From positions 9,989-73,988 of the forward strand of contig CAAGJO010000003.1 in assembly GCA_900770285.1 (NCBI GenBank): a stretch of DNA of 64,000 nucleotides. Reading direction: 5' to 3'. The DNA comes from Oscillospiraceae bacterium (GTDB taxonomy: Bacteria; Bacillota; Clostridia; Oscillospirales; Ruminococcaceae). Below the pieces are notes generated by a model. The model had not been told where the DNA came from. It did not search any database and was given only the letters and a program-made list of their open reading frames with translations. The translations under genes were made by a program, and so were the position numbers. Of the stretch, positions 56,187 to 64,000 are shown in pieces (position 1 is the stretch's first letter; each line of letters starts with the position of its first letter).

Positions 56187-56215
56187 TTGACAATCTTTAA
56201 TATATGTGGTATAAT
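56187..56215 (+). promoter_or_regulatory. Consensus SigA promoter of rpmE
   Basis: TTGACA-17 bp-TATAAT with extended TG. Confidence 0.85.
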
Positions 56216-56252
56216 AATTTAGTCAAAAAATGATTACTACATAGAACTACTG

Positions 56253-56302
56253 TCTGAACTGAAATGATGGGCTTCTATGAGTTCATAATTTTCTGGTTTG
56301 GA
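56253..56302 (+). ncRNA. Candidate cis-regulatory leader hairpin of rpmE (L31 leader-like)
   Basis: TCTGAAC/GTTTGGA, GAAATGATG/CATAATTTTC and GGCT/AGTT stems in a ~95 nt 5'UTR ending next to the SD. Confidence 0.5.
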
Positions 56303-56317
56303 AAGGGGGATATAAAC

Positions 56318-56518
56318 ATGAAAAAGGGTATTCATCCTGAATATGAAGAAACAACAATCACATGTGCTTGCGGTAACGTAATTAAAACACGTTCTACAAA
56401 GAAGGACATTAAGGTTGAAATTTGTTCAAAGTGCCACCCATTCTACACAGGCAAGCAGAAGCTTGTTGATACAGGTGGACGTGTAGACAGATTTAAGAAG
56501 AGATTTAACCTCGATTAA
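56318..56518 (+). CDS. rpmE: 50S ribosomal protein L31 (zinc-binding type A)
   Basis: [33 protein letters not shown]. Confidence 0.97.
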   Translation: MKKGIHPEYEETTITCACGNVIKTRSTKKDIKVEICSKCHPFYTGKQKLVDTGGRVDRFKKRFNLD

Positions 56519-56543
56519 TTCTGTAACTTATATTTTGAAGAAT

Positions 56544-56579
56544 GAGGCTCTTTGTCTGTGTGGCAGAGAGTCTTTTTTT
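56544..56579 (+). terminator. Terminator after rpmE
   Basis: GAGGCTCTTTGTC-loop-GGCAGAGAGTCTT TTTTT. Confidence 0.75.
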
Positions 56580-56591
56580 AGGAGAATTTTT

Positions 56592-57212
56592 GTGGAGTAT
56601 AAGACAATTTATGAGCCTGCGTCAGATAGCTTTGTGGAGAAAAAATCAGAATTTATAGGAGCTATTTCCCCTGTAAAAACTAATGATGAGGCTGTTGAAT
56701 TTATAAATAAAATTAAATCAGAAAATCGAAAGGCACGACATAACGTTTATGCATATATACTGCGGGACGGCAATATTTTAAGATATTCAGATGACGGGGA
56801 ACCGCAGGGTACGGGTGGAGTTCCTGCCCTTGAAGTACTTAAAAAAGAGGGGCTTACCGATGTATGTGTAGTAGTTACACGTTATTTTGGAGGTGTGCTG
56901 CTTGGTGCTAACGGTCTTGTCAGGGCGTATTCTCATGCATGCAAGCTGGCAGTTGATGCATCAAAAATTATGGTTATGTGCAGCTGTTCACAGATTACTG
57001 TTACCTGTGATTATTCTTTTTATGGCAAGCTTTCGTATATATTGCCTAACTATGATGTTATTGTTAAAAATGAAACATTTGAGGATGACGTTAAGGTTTC
57101 TATTATGGTTAAAGATGAAAAGTTACAGCCGCTTAAAGAAAAAATTATCGATATGTCCAACGGTAACGCTCATATAGATGAAGTTGCTGACTTGTGGGCT
57201 GATTTTAGTTAG
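56592..57212 (+). CDS. YigZ/IMPACT family protein
   Basis: EKKSEFI, ARHNVYAY, SDDGEPQGTGG, VVTRYFGG.LLG..GLVRAY; GTG start after AGGAG. Confidence 0.92.
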   Translation: MEYKTIYEPASDSFVEKKSEFIGAISPVKTNDEAVEFINKIKSENRKARHNVYAYILRDGNILRYSDDGEPQGTGGVPALEVLKKEGLTDVCVVVTRYFGGVLLGANGLVRAYSHACKLAVDASKIMVMCSCSQITVTCDYSFYGKLSYILPNYDVIVKNETFEDDVKVSIMVKDEKLQPLKEKIIDMSNGNAHIDEVADLWADFS

Positions 57213-57317
57213 ACTTTGTGCAAAACGTCGAAAATAAAAAAATGCTGCTGAAAATAAAGGTGAATGAAGAATTTGAATAGTATAATATAATAGAACATAT
57301 TTTAAGGGGGTATTTTA

Positions 57318-58313
57318 ATGTTGCCACGGGAGTTTACCGAGAATAGCGAAAAGAGTTTACTTTGCAGATATGCCACATTTTCGGCTGATACAAAGGGCAG
57401 AGAAATACCTCACGATAAATGTGATTTGCGAACGGAATTTCAGCGTGACCGTGATAAAATTATTCATTGTAATTCGTTCAGAAGATTAAAACATAAAACG
57501 CAGGTCTTTTTAAGCCCTATGGGTGATCATTACCGTACACGTCTTACTCATACTCTTGAAGTTTCACAGATTGCAAGAACAATTGCAAGAGCATTAAGAC
57601 TTAACGAAGATTTAACCGAGGCTATAGCGTTGGGACACGATTTGGGTCATACGCCTTTTGGACATGCAGGAGAGCGTGTGCTGAATGAGCTAGCTCCCAA
57701 TGGGTTTAAACATTACGAACAAAGCCTGCGTGTTGTGAAGTATATTGAAAATGAGGGAAAAGGTCTTAATCTTACATATGAGGTTCAGGACGGAATTGTA
57801 AACCATGTAAATCTTAATGCAAGTACAAGGGAAGGACAGATTGTACGATATGCCGATGTTATTGCGTACATAAATCATGATATAGACGATTCAATTCGTG
57901 GCGGCATAATTTCTGAGAAGGATATTCCAAATGAAATTACCGATGTCCTTGGACATTCAAAATCTGAGAGAATTACTACTCTTGTTACTGATTTGGTCAA
58001 TAATGGTGCGGAAGATTTGCATATGACTGATGAGGTGAAAAAGGCATTTGATTCCATTCATGAGTTTATGTTTGATAATGTTTATCGTAATCCAAGGTGT
58101 AAGTCGGAGGAGTCAAAAACCTATGGACTGCTTGAAAACTTGTATAAATATTATTGCTCAAACGTTGAAAAAATGCCAAAACAGTTTCAGCTGCTTGCTG
58201 ATAGATTTGATAAAGAAACAGCTGTCTGTGATTATATAGCAGGAATGACAGATAGCTTTGCAGTGGAATTGTTTTCTGATTTGTTTATACCTGCATCATG
58301 GAATAAGCTTTAG
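57318..58313 (+). CDS. dgt: Deoxyguanosinetriphosphate triphosphohydrolase-like HD protein
   Basis: RTEFQRDRD, FRRLKHKTQV, RTRLTHTLEV, GHDLGHTPFGHAGE, DYIAGMTD. Confidence 0.93.
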   Translation: MLPREFTENSEKSLLCRYATFSADTKGREIPHDKCDLRTEFQRDRDKIIHCNSFRRLKHKTQVFLSPMGDHYRTRLTHTLEVSQIARTIARALRLNEDLTEAIALGHDLGHTPFGHAGERVLNELAPNGFKHYEQSLRVVKYIENEGKGLNLTYEVQDGIVNHVNLNASTREGQIVRYADVIAYINHDIDDSIRGGIISEKDIPNEITDVLGHSKSERITTLVTDLVNNGAEDLHMTDEVKKAFDSIHEFMFDNVYRNPRCKSEESKTYGLLENLYKYYCSNVEKMPKQFQLLADRFDKETAVCDYIAGMTDSFAVELFSDLFIPASWNKL

Positions 58314-58330
58314 AGTTAGGAGGGGATAAA

Positions 58331-60100
58331 ATGGCATTGCCTTCAGATTTTTTGGATAGGCTTAAAGCAGCAAATCCGATTGCAGAGGTAATGGGCAGCT
58401 ATGTAAATCTTAAAAGAACAGGCAGAGATTATGTTTGTCTTTGTCCTTTTCATAATGAGAAAACCCCTTCTTGCCATATTCATCCCGATCAGGAGTATTT
58501 TTATTGCTTTGGCTGCCATGCCGGTGGGGACGTAATCACCTTTACTATGAAGTACAATAATCTGGATTATTGGGAGGCTGTTAAACTTCTTGCGGAACGC
58601 GGAGGAGTACCTCTCCCTGAAGACAGCTATTTTAAAAGCAGCGGCGGATTGGATAAGCGAAAACGTTTTTACGAAATGAATAAAACTGCGGCGAGGTTCT
58701 TTTATGACAGGCTTAGAAGCAATGAAGGAAAAGCATGCCGTGAGTATCTTGTAAGACGTGGACTTACTGCGGAAACGGTGCAGAAATACGGCATAGGATT
58801 TGCACCAAACAGCTGGTCAGAACTAAAAAATCATATGATGAGCGAAGGATTTACTGAGCAGGAGCTTATTGAGGGAAGTTTGATTTCACGTTCTCAGCAT
58901 AATACAAAAAATACATATGATTTTTTTGTGAACAGGGCAATGTTTCCGTTCATTGATTTAAGAGGAAACATTGTTGGCTTTGGCGGACGAGCTTTAAGTG
59001 CTGATGACAAGCGTAAATACCTTAATTCAAAGGATACGGCGGTTTATCAGAAAAATAGATTTTTATTTTCCATGAATTTTGCAAAAAATGCTGCTGTTAA
59101 AGACAGAAAAATCATTTTATGCGAAGGAAATGTAGATGTTGTTACGCTGAATCAGGCAGGCTTTGAGAATGCTGTGGCATCCTGCGGAACGGCACTTACC
59201 CCCGAACAGATAAAACTTATTTCAAACTATGCCGATGAGGTACTTATTTGTTATGATTCTGATGAAGCAGGTCAAAAGGCAACTTCAAAGGCAATCTCAT
59301 TGCTTAATCAAGCTGGATTGAAATCTTCTGTTATAAAGGTTGCAGATGCAAAAGACCCCGACGAATATATAAATAAATTCGGAGCGGTAAAGTTCAGATA
59401 TCTTATTGACCATGCTAATGGTGCTGTAAATTTTGAGCTTTCAAAGTGTAAAAACGGATTAGATCTCAGCACAAACAACGGCAAGGTAGATTATATAAAA
59501 AATGCGTCAAAAGTACTTATGCAGATTGTATCACCTGTTGAACGAGAGGTTTATGTTTCCCAGGTTGCCGATGAAATAGGCGTTGATAAAAAAACAGTGA
59601 TGCTTGAAGTTAATAATATGATTTCAAAAAGAATTAATGCAGATAAAAAACGAGGTGAACGTGAACTTGTCAATTTTTCGGCAAATCGAAGAGATAACAT
59701 TAATCCTGAAGCGGCTGAACATTATAAAGAATCCAAGGCTGAAATGGGAATTATATATTATATCTGGAAAAATCCCGATGCATGTAATGAAATTATATCC
59801 AGACTTCCGCCTGAAAAGTTTATTACGTCCTTTAATCGCAGAATTTACGAGTTCATGACGAATAAAATTATAAATAATGAGGATTGTACAATTTCTTCTT
59901 TTAACAGCGAATTTTCACCCGATGAAGTGGGTAAAATAACATCTATATTTGAATCATGCCGAAATATCGGAATAGACTCAAACGTAGTTAATGATTATAT
60001 AGATTTGCTTTTGAATTACAAACAAAAGACTAAATATGACGATATGTCTGATGAGGAGTTTTTAAGGAATTTCAAACAATTGAAGAAAAATAAAAGTTAG
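58331..60100 (+). CDS. dnaG: DNA primase
   Basis: CPFHNEKTPS zinc finger, GFGGR, KYLNS, EG..DV, YDSDEAG, KDPDE. Confidence 0.96.
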   Translation: MALPSDFLDRLKAANPIAEVMGSYVNLKRTGRDYVCLCPFHNEKTPSCHIHPDQEYFYCFGCHAGGDVITFTMKYNNLDYWEAVKLLAERGGVPLPEDSYFKSSGGLDKRKRFYEMNKTAARFFYDRLRSNEGKACREYLVRRGLTAETVQKYGIGFAPNSWSELKNHMMSEGFTEQELIEGSLISRSQHNTKNTYDFFVNRAMFPFIDLRGNIVGFGGRALSADDKRKYLNSKDTAVYQKNRFLFSMNFAKNAAVKDRKIILCEGNVDVVTLNQAGFENAVASCGTALTPEQIKLISNYADEVLICYDSDEAGQKATSKAISLLNQAGLKSSVIKVADAKDPDEYINKFGAVKFRYLIDHANGAVNFELSKCKNGLDLSTNNGKVDYIKNASKVLMQIVSPVEREVYVSQVADEIGVDKKTVMLEVNNMISKRINADKKRGERELVNFSANRRDNINPEAAEHYKESKAEMGIIYYIWKNPDACNEIISRLPPEKFITSFNRRIYEFMTNKIINNEDCTISSFNSEFSPDEVGKITSIFESCRNIGIDSNVVNDYIDLLLNYKQKTKYDDMSDEEFLRNFKQLKKNKS

Positions 60101-60127
60101 GTCTCTGAAACGAAAGGAATGGAACTT

Positions 60128-61234
60128 ATGAGTGAAAAGAAAAACAATGTTATTGAAGCATTGCTGGAACATGGCAAGGCTACAGGTAAGCTTACAACAA
60201 AAGAAATTACCGATGCATTGGAAAAGGTGGATTTTGATGTAGAAAAAATGGACTCGGTATATGATGCTTGCTCAGCAAATAATATTGAGATCGTAGAAGA
60301 CGTTGTTCCTGATGATGATAGTGATATATATGTAAATCCTGAAGATGATGCTTCGCCTGACGCTGTGGATATTGGTATGTCTTCAGAAGGCATTTCAACT
60401 GATGATCCTGTTAAGATTTATCTTAAAGAAATAGGCAGAGTTCCTCTTTTGACATCGGAGGAAGAAATTCAGCTTGCTGAGAAAATGGCAGGTAGCAATG
60501 AAAAAGAAGCTGCCAATGCAAGAAAGCGTCTTGCTGAAGCTAATTTGCGCTTGGTTGTTTCCATTGCAAAGAGATATGTAGGCAGAGGCATGAGCTTTTT
60601 GGATCTTATCCAAGAGGGAAACATGGGACTTATCAAAGCTGTTGAAAAGTTTGACTATACAAAGGGCTTTAAATTTTCAACCTATGCAACATGGTGGATA
60701 AGACAGGCTATAACAAGAGCTATTGCTGATCAGGCAAGAACAATAAGAATACCCGTTCATATGGTTGAGACTATTACAAAAGTAAAAAAGGCGTCCAGTC
60801 AGCTTTTGCATGAAAACGGCAGAGATCCGACACCGGAAGAAATTGCTGAAAGACTTGATCTTTCGGTTGAACGAGTTCGTGAAATTATGAGAATTGCTCA
60901 GGACCCTGTTTCATTGGAAACTCCTATCGGTGAGGAAGAGGATTCACATTTGGGAGATTTTATTCCTGATGAAGACGCACCAGCTCCTGCTGAGGCGGCA
61001 TCACTTGTTTTGCTGAAAGAGCAAATCAATCAGGTTCTTTCAACTTTAACTGACCGTGAGGAAAGTGTACTCAGACTTCGTTTCGGTCTTGAGGACGGAC
61101 GTTCAAGAACTCTTGAAGAAGTCGGACAGCAGTTTAATGTAACAAGAGAACGTATTCGTCAGATTGAGGCAAAGGCTCTGAGAAAACTTCGTCATCCTAA
61201 CAGAAGCAATAAAGTCCGTGATTATTTGGATTAA
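60128..61234 (+). CDS. rpoD: RNA polymerase primary sigma factor SigA
   Basis: [46 protein letters not shown]; alternative start 60119. Confidence 0.97.
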   Translation: MSEKKNNVIEALLEHGKATGKLTTKEITDALEKVDFDVEKMDSVYDACSANNIEIVEDVVPDDDSDIYVNPEDDASPDAVDIGMSSEGISTDDPVKIYLKEIGRVPLLTSEEEIQLAEKMAGSNEKEAANARKRLAEANLRLVVSIAKRYVGRGMSFLDLIQEGNMGLIKAVEKFDYTKGFKFSTYATWWIRQAITRAIADQARTIRIPVHMVETITKVKKASSQLLHENGRDPTPEEIAERLDLSVERVREIMRIAQDPVSLETPIGEEEDSHLGDFIPDEDAPAPAEAASLVLLKEQINQVLSTLTDREESVLRLRFGLEDGRSRTLEEVGQQFNVTRERIRQIEAKALRKLRHPNRSNKVRDYLD

Positions 61235-61292
61235 AATAAAAAAAATCCCAAGCGGACGCAGTACATAAAGTCTGAGGGTAAAGAAAGTTTAT

Positions 61293-62159
61293 ATGCGAAA
61301 AAATAATGAAGATATAAATAATTTTCAGAATTTAGAAATACATGATAATGATTTTGAAAATTTTGAAAGCGAGGATTATGCACACGGAAATTATGATGAA
61401 TTGCCGCCCCGAAAGCGTAAGCATACTAAACTAATATTTAGAATAGTGTTAATATGCATTATAGTAATTTTAGTGAATGTTGTCATAATGTTTGCAACAG
61501 GAAAGCTATGGTTTAATCAACCAAAGAAATCCGATTATCCTATCAGAGGTGCTTTTGTTGATGCTGAACTTGGAACAATTGATTGGAAAAAATTTTCTGG
61601 GCAAAACATAAAAGCTGTGTATATAAAAGCAACTGAGGGCACATCTTATAAGGATAAGACTTTTGATTATAATTGGAAGCATTCGGCTGAAACAACAATA
61701 TATTCCGGAGCATATCATGTGTTGAATCCTGCGAAAAGCGGCAAGGAACAAGCTGAGTATTTCTGCAAAACTATTGGTGATATAAGCGGCAGACTGATTC
61801 CTGCTGTTGAAGTTAAGCTCAGCGGAATATATTCTGTATTTGCTCCTTCAAAAGAGACGGCTGACAAAAACTTAAAGGAGTTCCTGGACTATGTTTATAA
61901 TCAATATGGTGTTAATTCGGTAATCATTTGTAACAGCAGAACATATAAGAAGTATGTTGATTCAGAATTCAGCGATGATTATTCCGTTTGCTATGAAAGC
62001 TTTTATAAAAAGCCTTCTGACAATGTGAAATGCGATTTTTGGTCATTTAGTCCGCGAAATCGTTTTGGCGGATATGAGAACAAAAAAGAATACGTAACTC
62101 AGTTTGTTTATAATTCATATATAACTGATGAGGAATTTAAAAAGAACTTTGTATGCTGA
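61293..62159 (+). CDS. Membrane-anchored GH25 lysozyme-like protein, catalytic residues apparently substituted
   Basis: Acidic N-terminus plus TM helix; IDW, YIKATEG, GAYH, QA..F motifs of GH25. Confidence 0.8.
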   Translation: MRKNNEDINNFQNLEIHDNDFENFESEDYAHGNYDELPPRKRKHTKLIFRIVLICIIVILVNVVIMFATGKLWFNQPKKSDYPIRGAFVDAELGTIDWKKFSGQNIKAVYIKATEGTSYKDKTFDYNWKHSAETTIYSGAYHVLNPAKSGKEQAEYFCKTIGDISGRLIPAVEVKLSGIYSVFAPSKETADKNLKEFLDYVYNQYGVNSVIICNSRTYKKYVDSEFSDDYSVCYESFYKKPSDNVKCDFWSFSPRNRFGGYENKKEYVTQFVYNSYITDEEFKKNFVC

Positions 62160-62197
62160 CAAAGTGAGTAAATTCATTAGATCATAAACTTATTTTT

Positions 62198-62232
62198 AAG
62201 ACGAGCTTTGCCTTGTGGGTAAGGCTCGTTTT
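62198..62232 (+). terminator. Terminator after the GH25-like gene
   Basis: GACGAGCTTTGCC-loop-GGTAAGGCTCGTT TT. Confidence 0.75.
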
Positions 62233-62299
62233 CAAATATTTTCATTTTTTATAGCTTTCCTTTTTGGATATAATATTTTTATCAAAGGAGGTTATAAAA

Positions 62300-63118
62300 A
62301 TGAAGATAAAAATTATGTGTTTGGCTGCGGCATTGGTTTTTTCTTGTATGATTGCTGAAAAATACACAGACTTTTCACCTAAAAAGCTGTATAATGAGGT
62401 GGCAGAAGGAGCTGCAGAACTTTTAAATGTCAACAAAGACGAAAGTCTTTCCCATGAAAAGATAGGTTATGGTCAGGGAGTTCAGTTTAATGACAAAAAT
62501 CAACCCTTGGGGGCATTGGATTTTAATGAAAAATACAGCAAATTCAATGCAACGGCGATTAATGATACAAAGGGAAAAATTACTTTAACTTTTGACCAAG
62601 GCTATGAAAATGGAAATACAGCAAAAATTCTGGATATATTAAAAGAGAAAAATGTTAAGGCTACATTCTTTGTGCTTCAGGACTATGCTGAAAAAAATCC
62701 AGAGCTTATAAAGCGAATGATTGATGAAGGACATACTGTGGGCAATCATTCTGTGACACACAAATCTATGCCTACATTAACAGAAGAACAGTGCAAGTCT
62801 GAAATTATGGATTTTCACAATTATATGCTTGATAAATACAATTATAAAATGACTTTATTCAGACCGCCTATGGGCGAGTTCTCTGAATTCTCTCTTAATG
62901 TAACTAAGGAATGTGGTTATAAAACAGAGCTTTGGAGCTTTGCATATGCTGATTGGGATGTAAATAATCAGCCTGATGCTGCTGCGTCGCTGGAAAAACT
63001 TAATAATTCATTACATGACGGCGCAATTTATCTGCTGCATTCTGTATCGTCCACTAATACTCAAATCCTATCCGACTTTATTGACAACGCTAAAAATGCA
63101 GGTTATGAATTTGCATAA
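62300..63118 (+). CDS. pdaA: Polysaccharide deacetylase, PdaA-like (spore cortex muramic delta-lactam)
   Basis: LTFDQGYENG, GNHS..H, FRPPMGEFS, WSFAYADW, GAIYLLH; SD AGGAGG. Confidence 0.85.
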   Translation: MKIKIMCLAAALVFSCMIAEKYTDFSPKKLYNEVAEGAAELLNVNKDESLSHEKIGYGQGVQFNDKNQPLGALDFNEKYSKFNATAINDTKGKITLTFDQGYENGNTAKILDILKEKNVKATFFVLQDYAEKNPELIKRMIDEGHTVGNHSVTHKSMPTLTEEQCKSEIMDFHNYMLDKYNYKMTLFRPPMGEFSEFSLNVTKECGYKTELWSFAYADWDVNNQPDAAASLEKLNNSLHDGAIYLLHSVSSTNTQILSDFIDNAKNAGYEFA

Positions 63119-63124
63119 CAAAGC

Positions 63125-63157
63125 AAAAAACCTTCGAGCAGATAACTCGAAGGTTTT
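63125..63157. terminator. Bidirectional terminator between pdaA and typA
   Basis: AAAAAACCTTCGAG-loop-CTCGAAGGTTTT. Confidence 0.82.
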
Positions 63158-63173
63158 GTAATGTTTATATCAT

Positions 63174-64000
63174 TTACTTAAGTTTTGCTCTTTCTTTAGC
63201 ACGCTGGTTGTTGTTAAGAGTTTTCTTTCTTATACGCAGACTTTCAGGTGTAACTTCAAGAAGTTCATCGTCTGCAAGAAATTCAAGACAATCTTCAAGG
63301 CTCATATTTCTTGGAGGAACAAGGCGCAAAGCGTCATCACTTCCGCTTGCTCGAGTATTTGTAAGGTGTTTTTTCTTACATACGTTAACAACAAGATCAT
63401 CAGATTTTGGTGATGCACCTACAACCATACCCTCGTATACAGGAACTCCTGCACCAATAAATAGTTCTCCTCTTTCCTGAGCATTAAACAAACCATAAGT
63501 AACAGCTTCGCCTGTTTCAAATGCAACAAGAGAACCTGTGCTTCTTCTTGGAATTTCACCCTTGTATGGCTGATAGCTGTCAAATACTGAACTGAGAATA
63601 CCTTCACCCTTTGTATCAGTAAGGAATTCACTTCTATATCCAAATAAACCTCTTGCAGGAATTAAGAACTCAATTCTCATACGGTTGCCAACAGGTGTCA
63701 TTTGTGTAAGCTCGCCTTTTCTTCCGCCGATTTTTTCCATAACCGAACCAACGCAGTTTTCAGGAACATCTACAACAAGTCTTTCAATAGGCTCGTTAAG
63801 TTTTCCGTCAATTTCTTTATACAAAACATGAGGAGTTGAAACTGCCAGCTCATAGCCCTCTCTTCTCATATTTTCAATGAGAATGGAAAGATGCATTTCT
63901 CCGCGTCCTGCAACCTTAAATGAATCAGTAGAATCTGTTTCTGATACTCTTAGTGAAACATCTTTGAGGAGTTCTTTGAAAAGTCTTTCTCTGAGCTGAC
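63174..64000 (-). CDS. typA: Translational GTPase TypA/BipA, C-terminal part (partial)
   Basis: Frame open to the window edge: ...FKVAGRGEMHLSILIENMRREGYE, PARGLFG, KKHLTNTRASG.D, EVTP..LRIRK. Confidence 0.95.
   Translation of the reverse strand, partial: QLRERLFKELLKDVSLRVSETDSTDSFKVAGRGEMHLSILIENMRREGYELAVSTPHVLYKEIDGKLNEPIERLVVDVPENCVGSVMEKIGGRKGELTQMTPVGNRMRIEFLIPARGLFGYRSEFLTDTKGEGILSSVFDSYQPYKGEIPRRSTGSLVAFETGEAVTYGLFNAQERGELFIGAGVPVYEGMVVGASPKSDDLVVNVCKKKHLTNTRASGSDDALRLVPPRNMSLEDCLEFLADDELLEVTPESLRIRKKTLNNNQRAKERAKLK

Noticed and set aside
57318..58313. dGTPase as an anti-phage defence gene
   Set aside because: It sits in the housekeeping dgt-dnaG-rpoD arrangement common in Clostridia, with no defence-island context.
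1..64000. tRNA, rRNA, CRISPR arrays, prophage, transposases
   Set aside because: None recognised; intergenic gaps are short and mostly explained by promoters and terminators. tRNAscan/Infernal were not run.

Overview
AT-rich chromosomal segment from a spore-forming Clostridia-class bacterium. Gene content and order suggest a Ruminococcus-like member of Oscillospiraceae (inference). In order, the window holds: the distal part of an arginine biosynthesis operon (argG end-argH-argC-argJ-argB-argD-argF) with four inserted unrelated genes; a three-gene biotin-dependent transcarboxylase-like cluster; a Ca2+-type P-ATPase; a stand-alone PTS enzyme I; asnB; ruvX; rubrerythrin; a secreted FN3/transglutaminase-like protein; and a ~15 kb Wzx/Wzy polysaccharide locus with rmlA/rmlB, three glycosyltransferases, two acyltransferases, two pyruvyl-transferase-family genes and two nitroreductase-fold paralogues. 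Next come a nucleotidyltransferase, a GH2 beta-mannosidase, cwlD, an HU + Lys/Ala-rich protein operon, secDF, ferredoxin, lysA, gatC-gatA plus a GatB-AspRS fusion, csoR-copA, yitT, rpmE, yigZ, dgt-dnaG-rpoD, a degenerate GH25 protein, pdaA and the 3' part of typA. I recognised no rRNA, tRNA, CRISPR array, prophage or intact transposase. Best leads: (1) pyruvyl transferase/flavin reductase pairs in the polysaccharide locus, a candidate pathway for lactyl (1-carboxyethyl) ether decoration; (2) a covalent GatB-AspRS transamidosome; (3) a possible internally initiated CopZ-like chaperone inside copA; (4) a transcarboxylase-like cluster with a divergent carboxyltransferase; (5) a histone-H1-like protein co-transcribed with HU. 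All family assignments come from motif recognition by eye; no searches were run.
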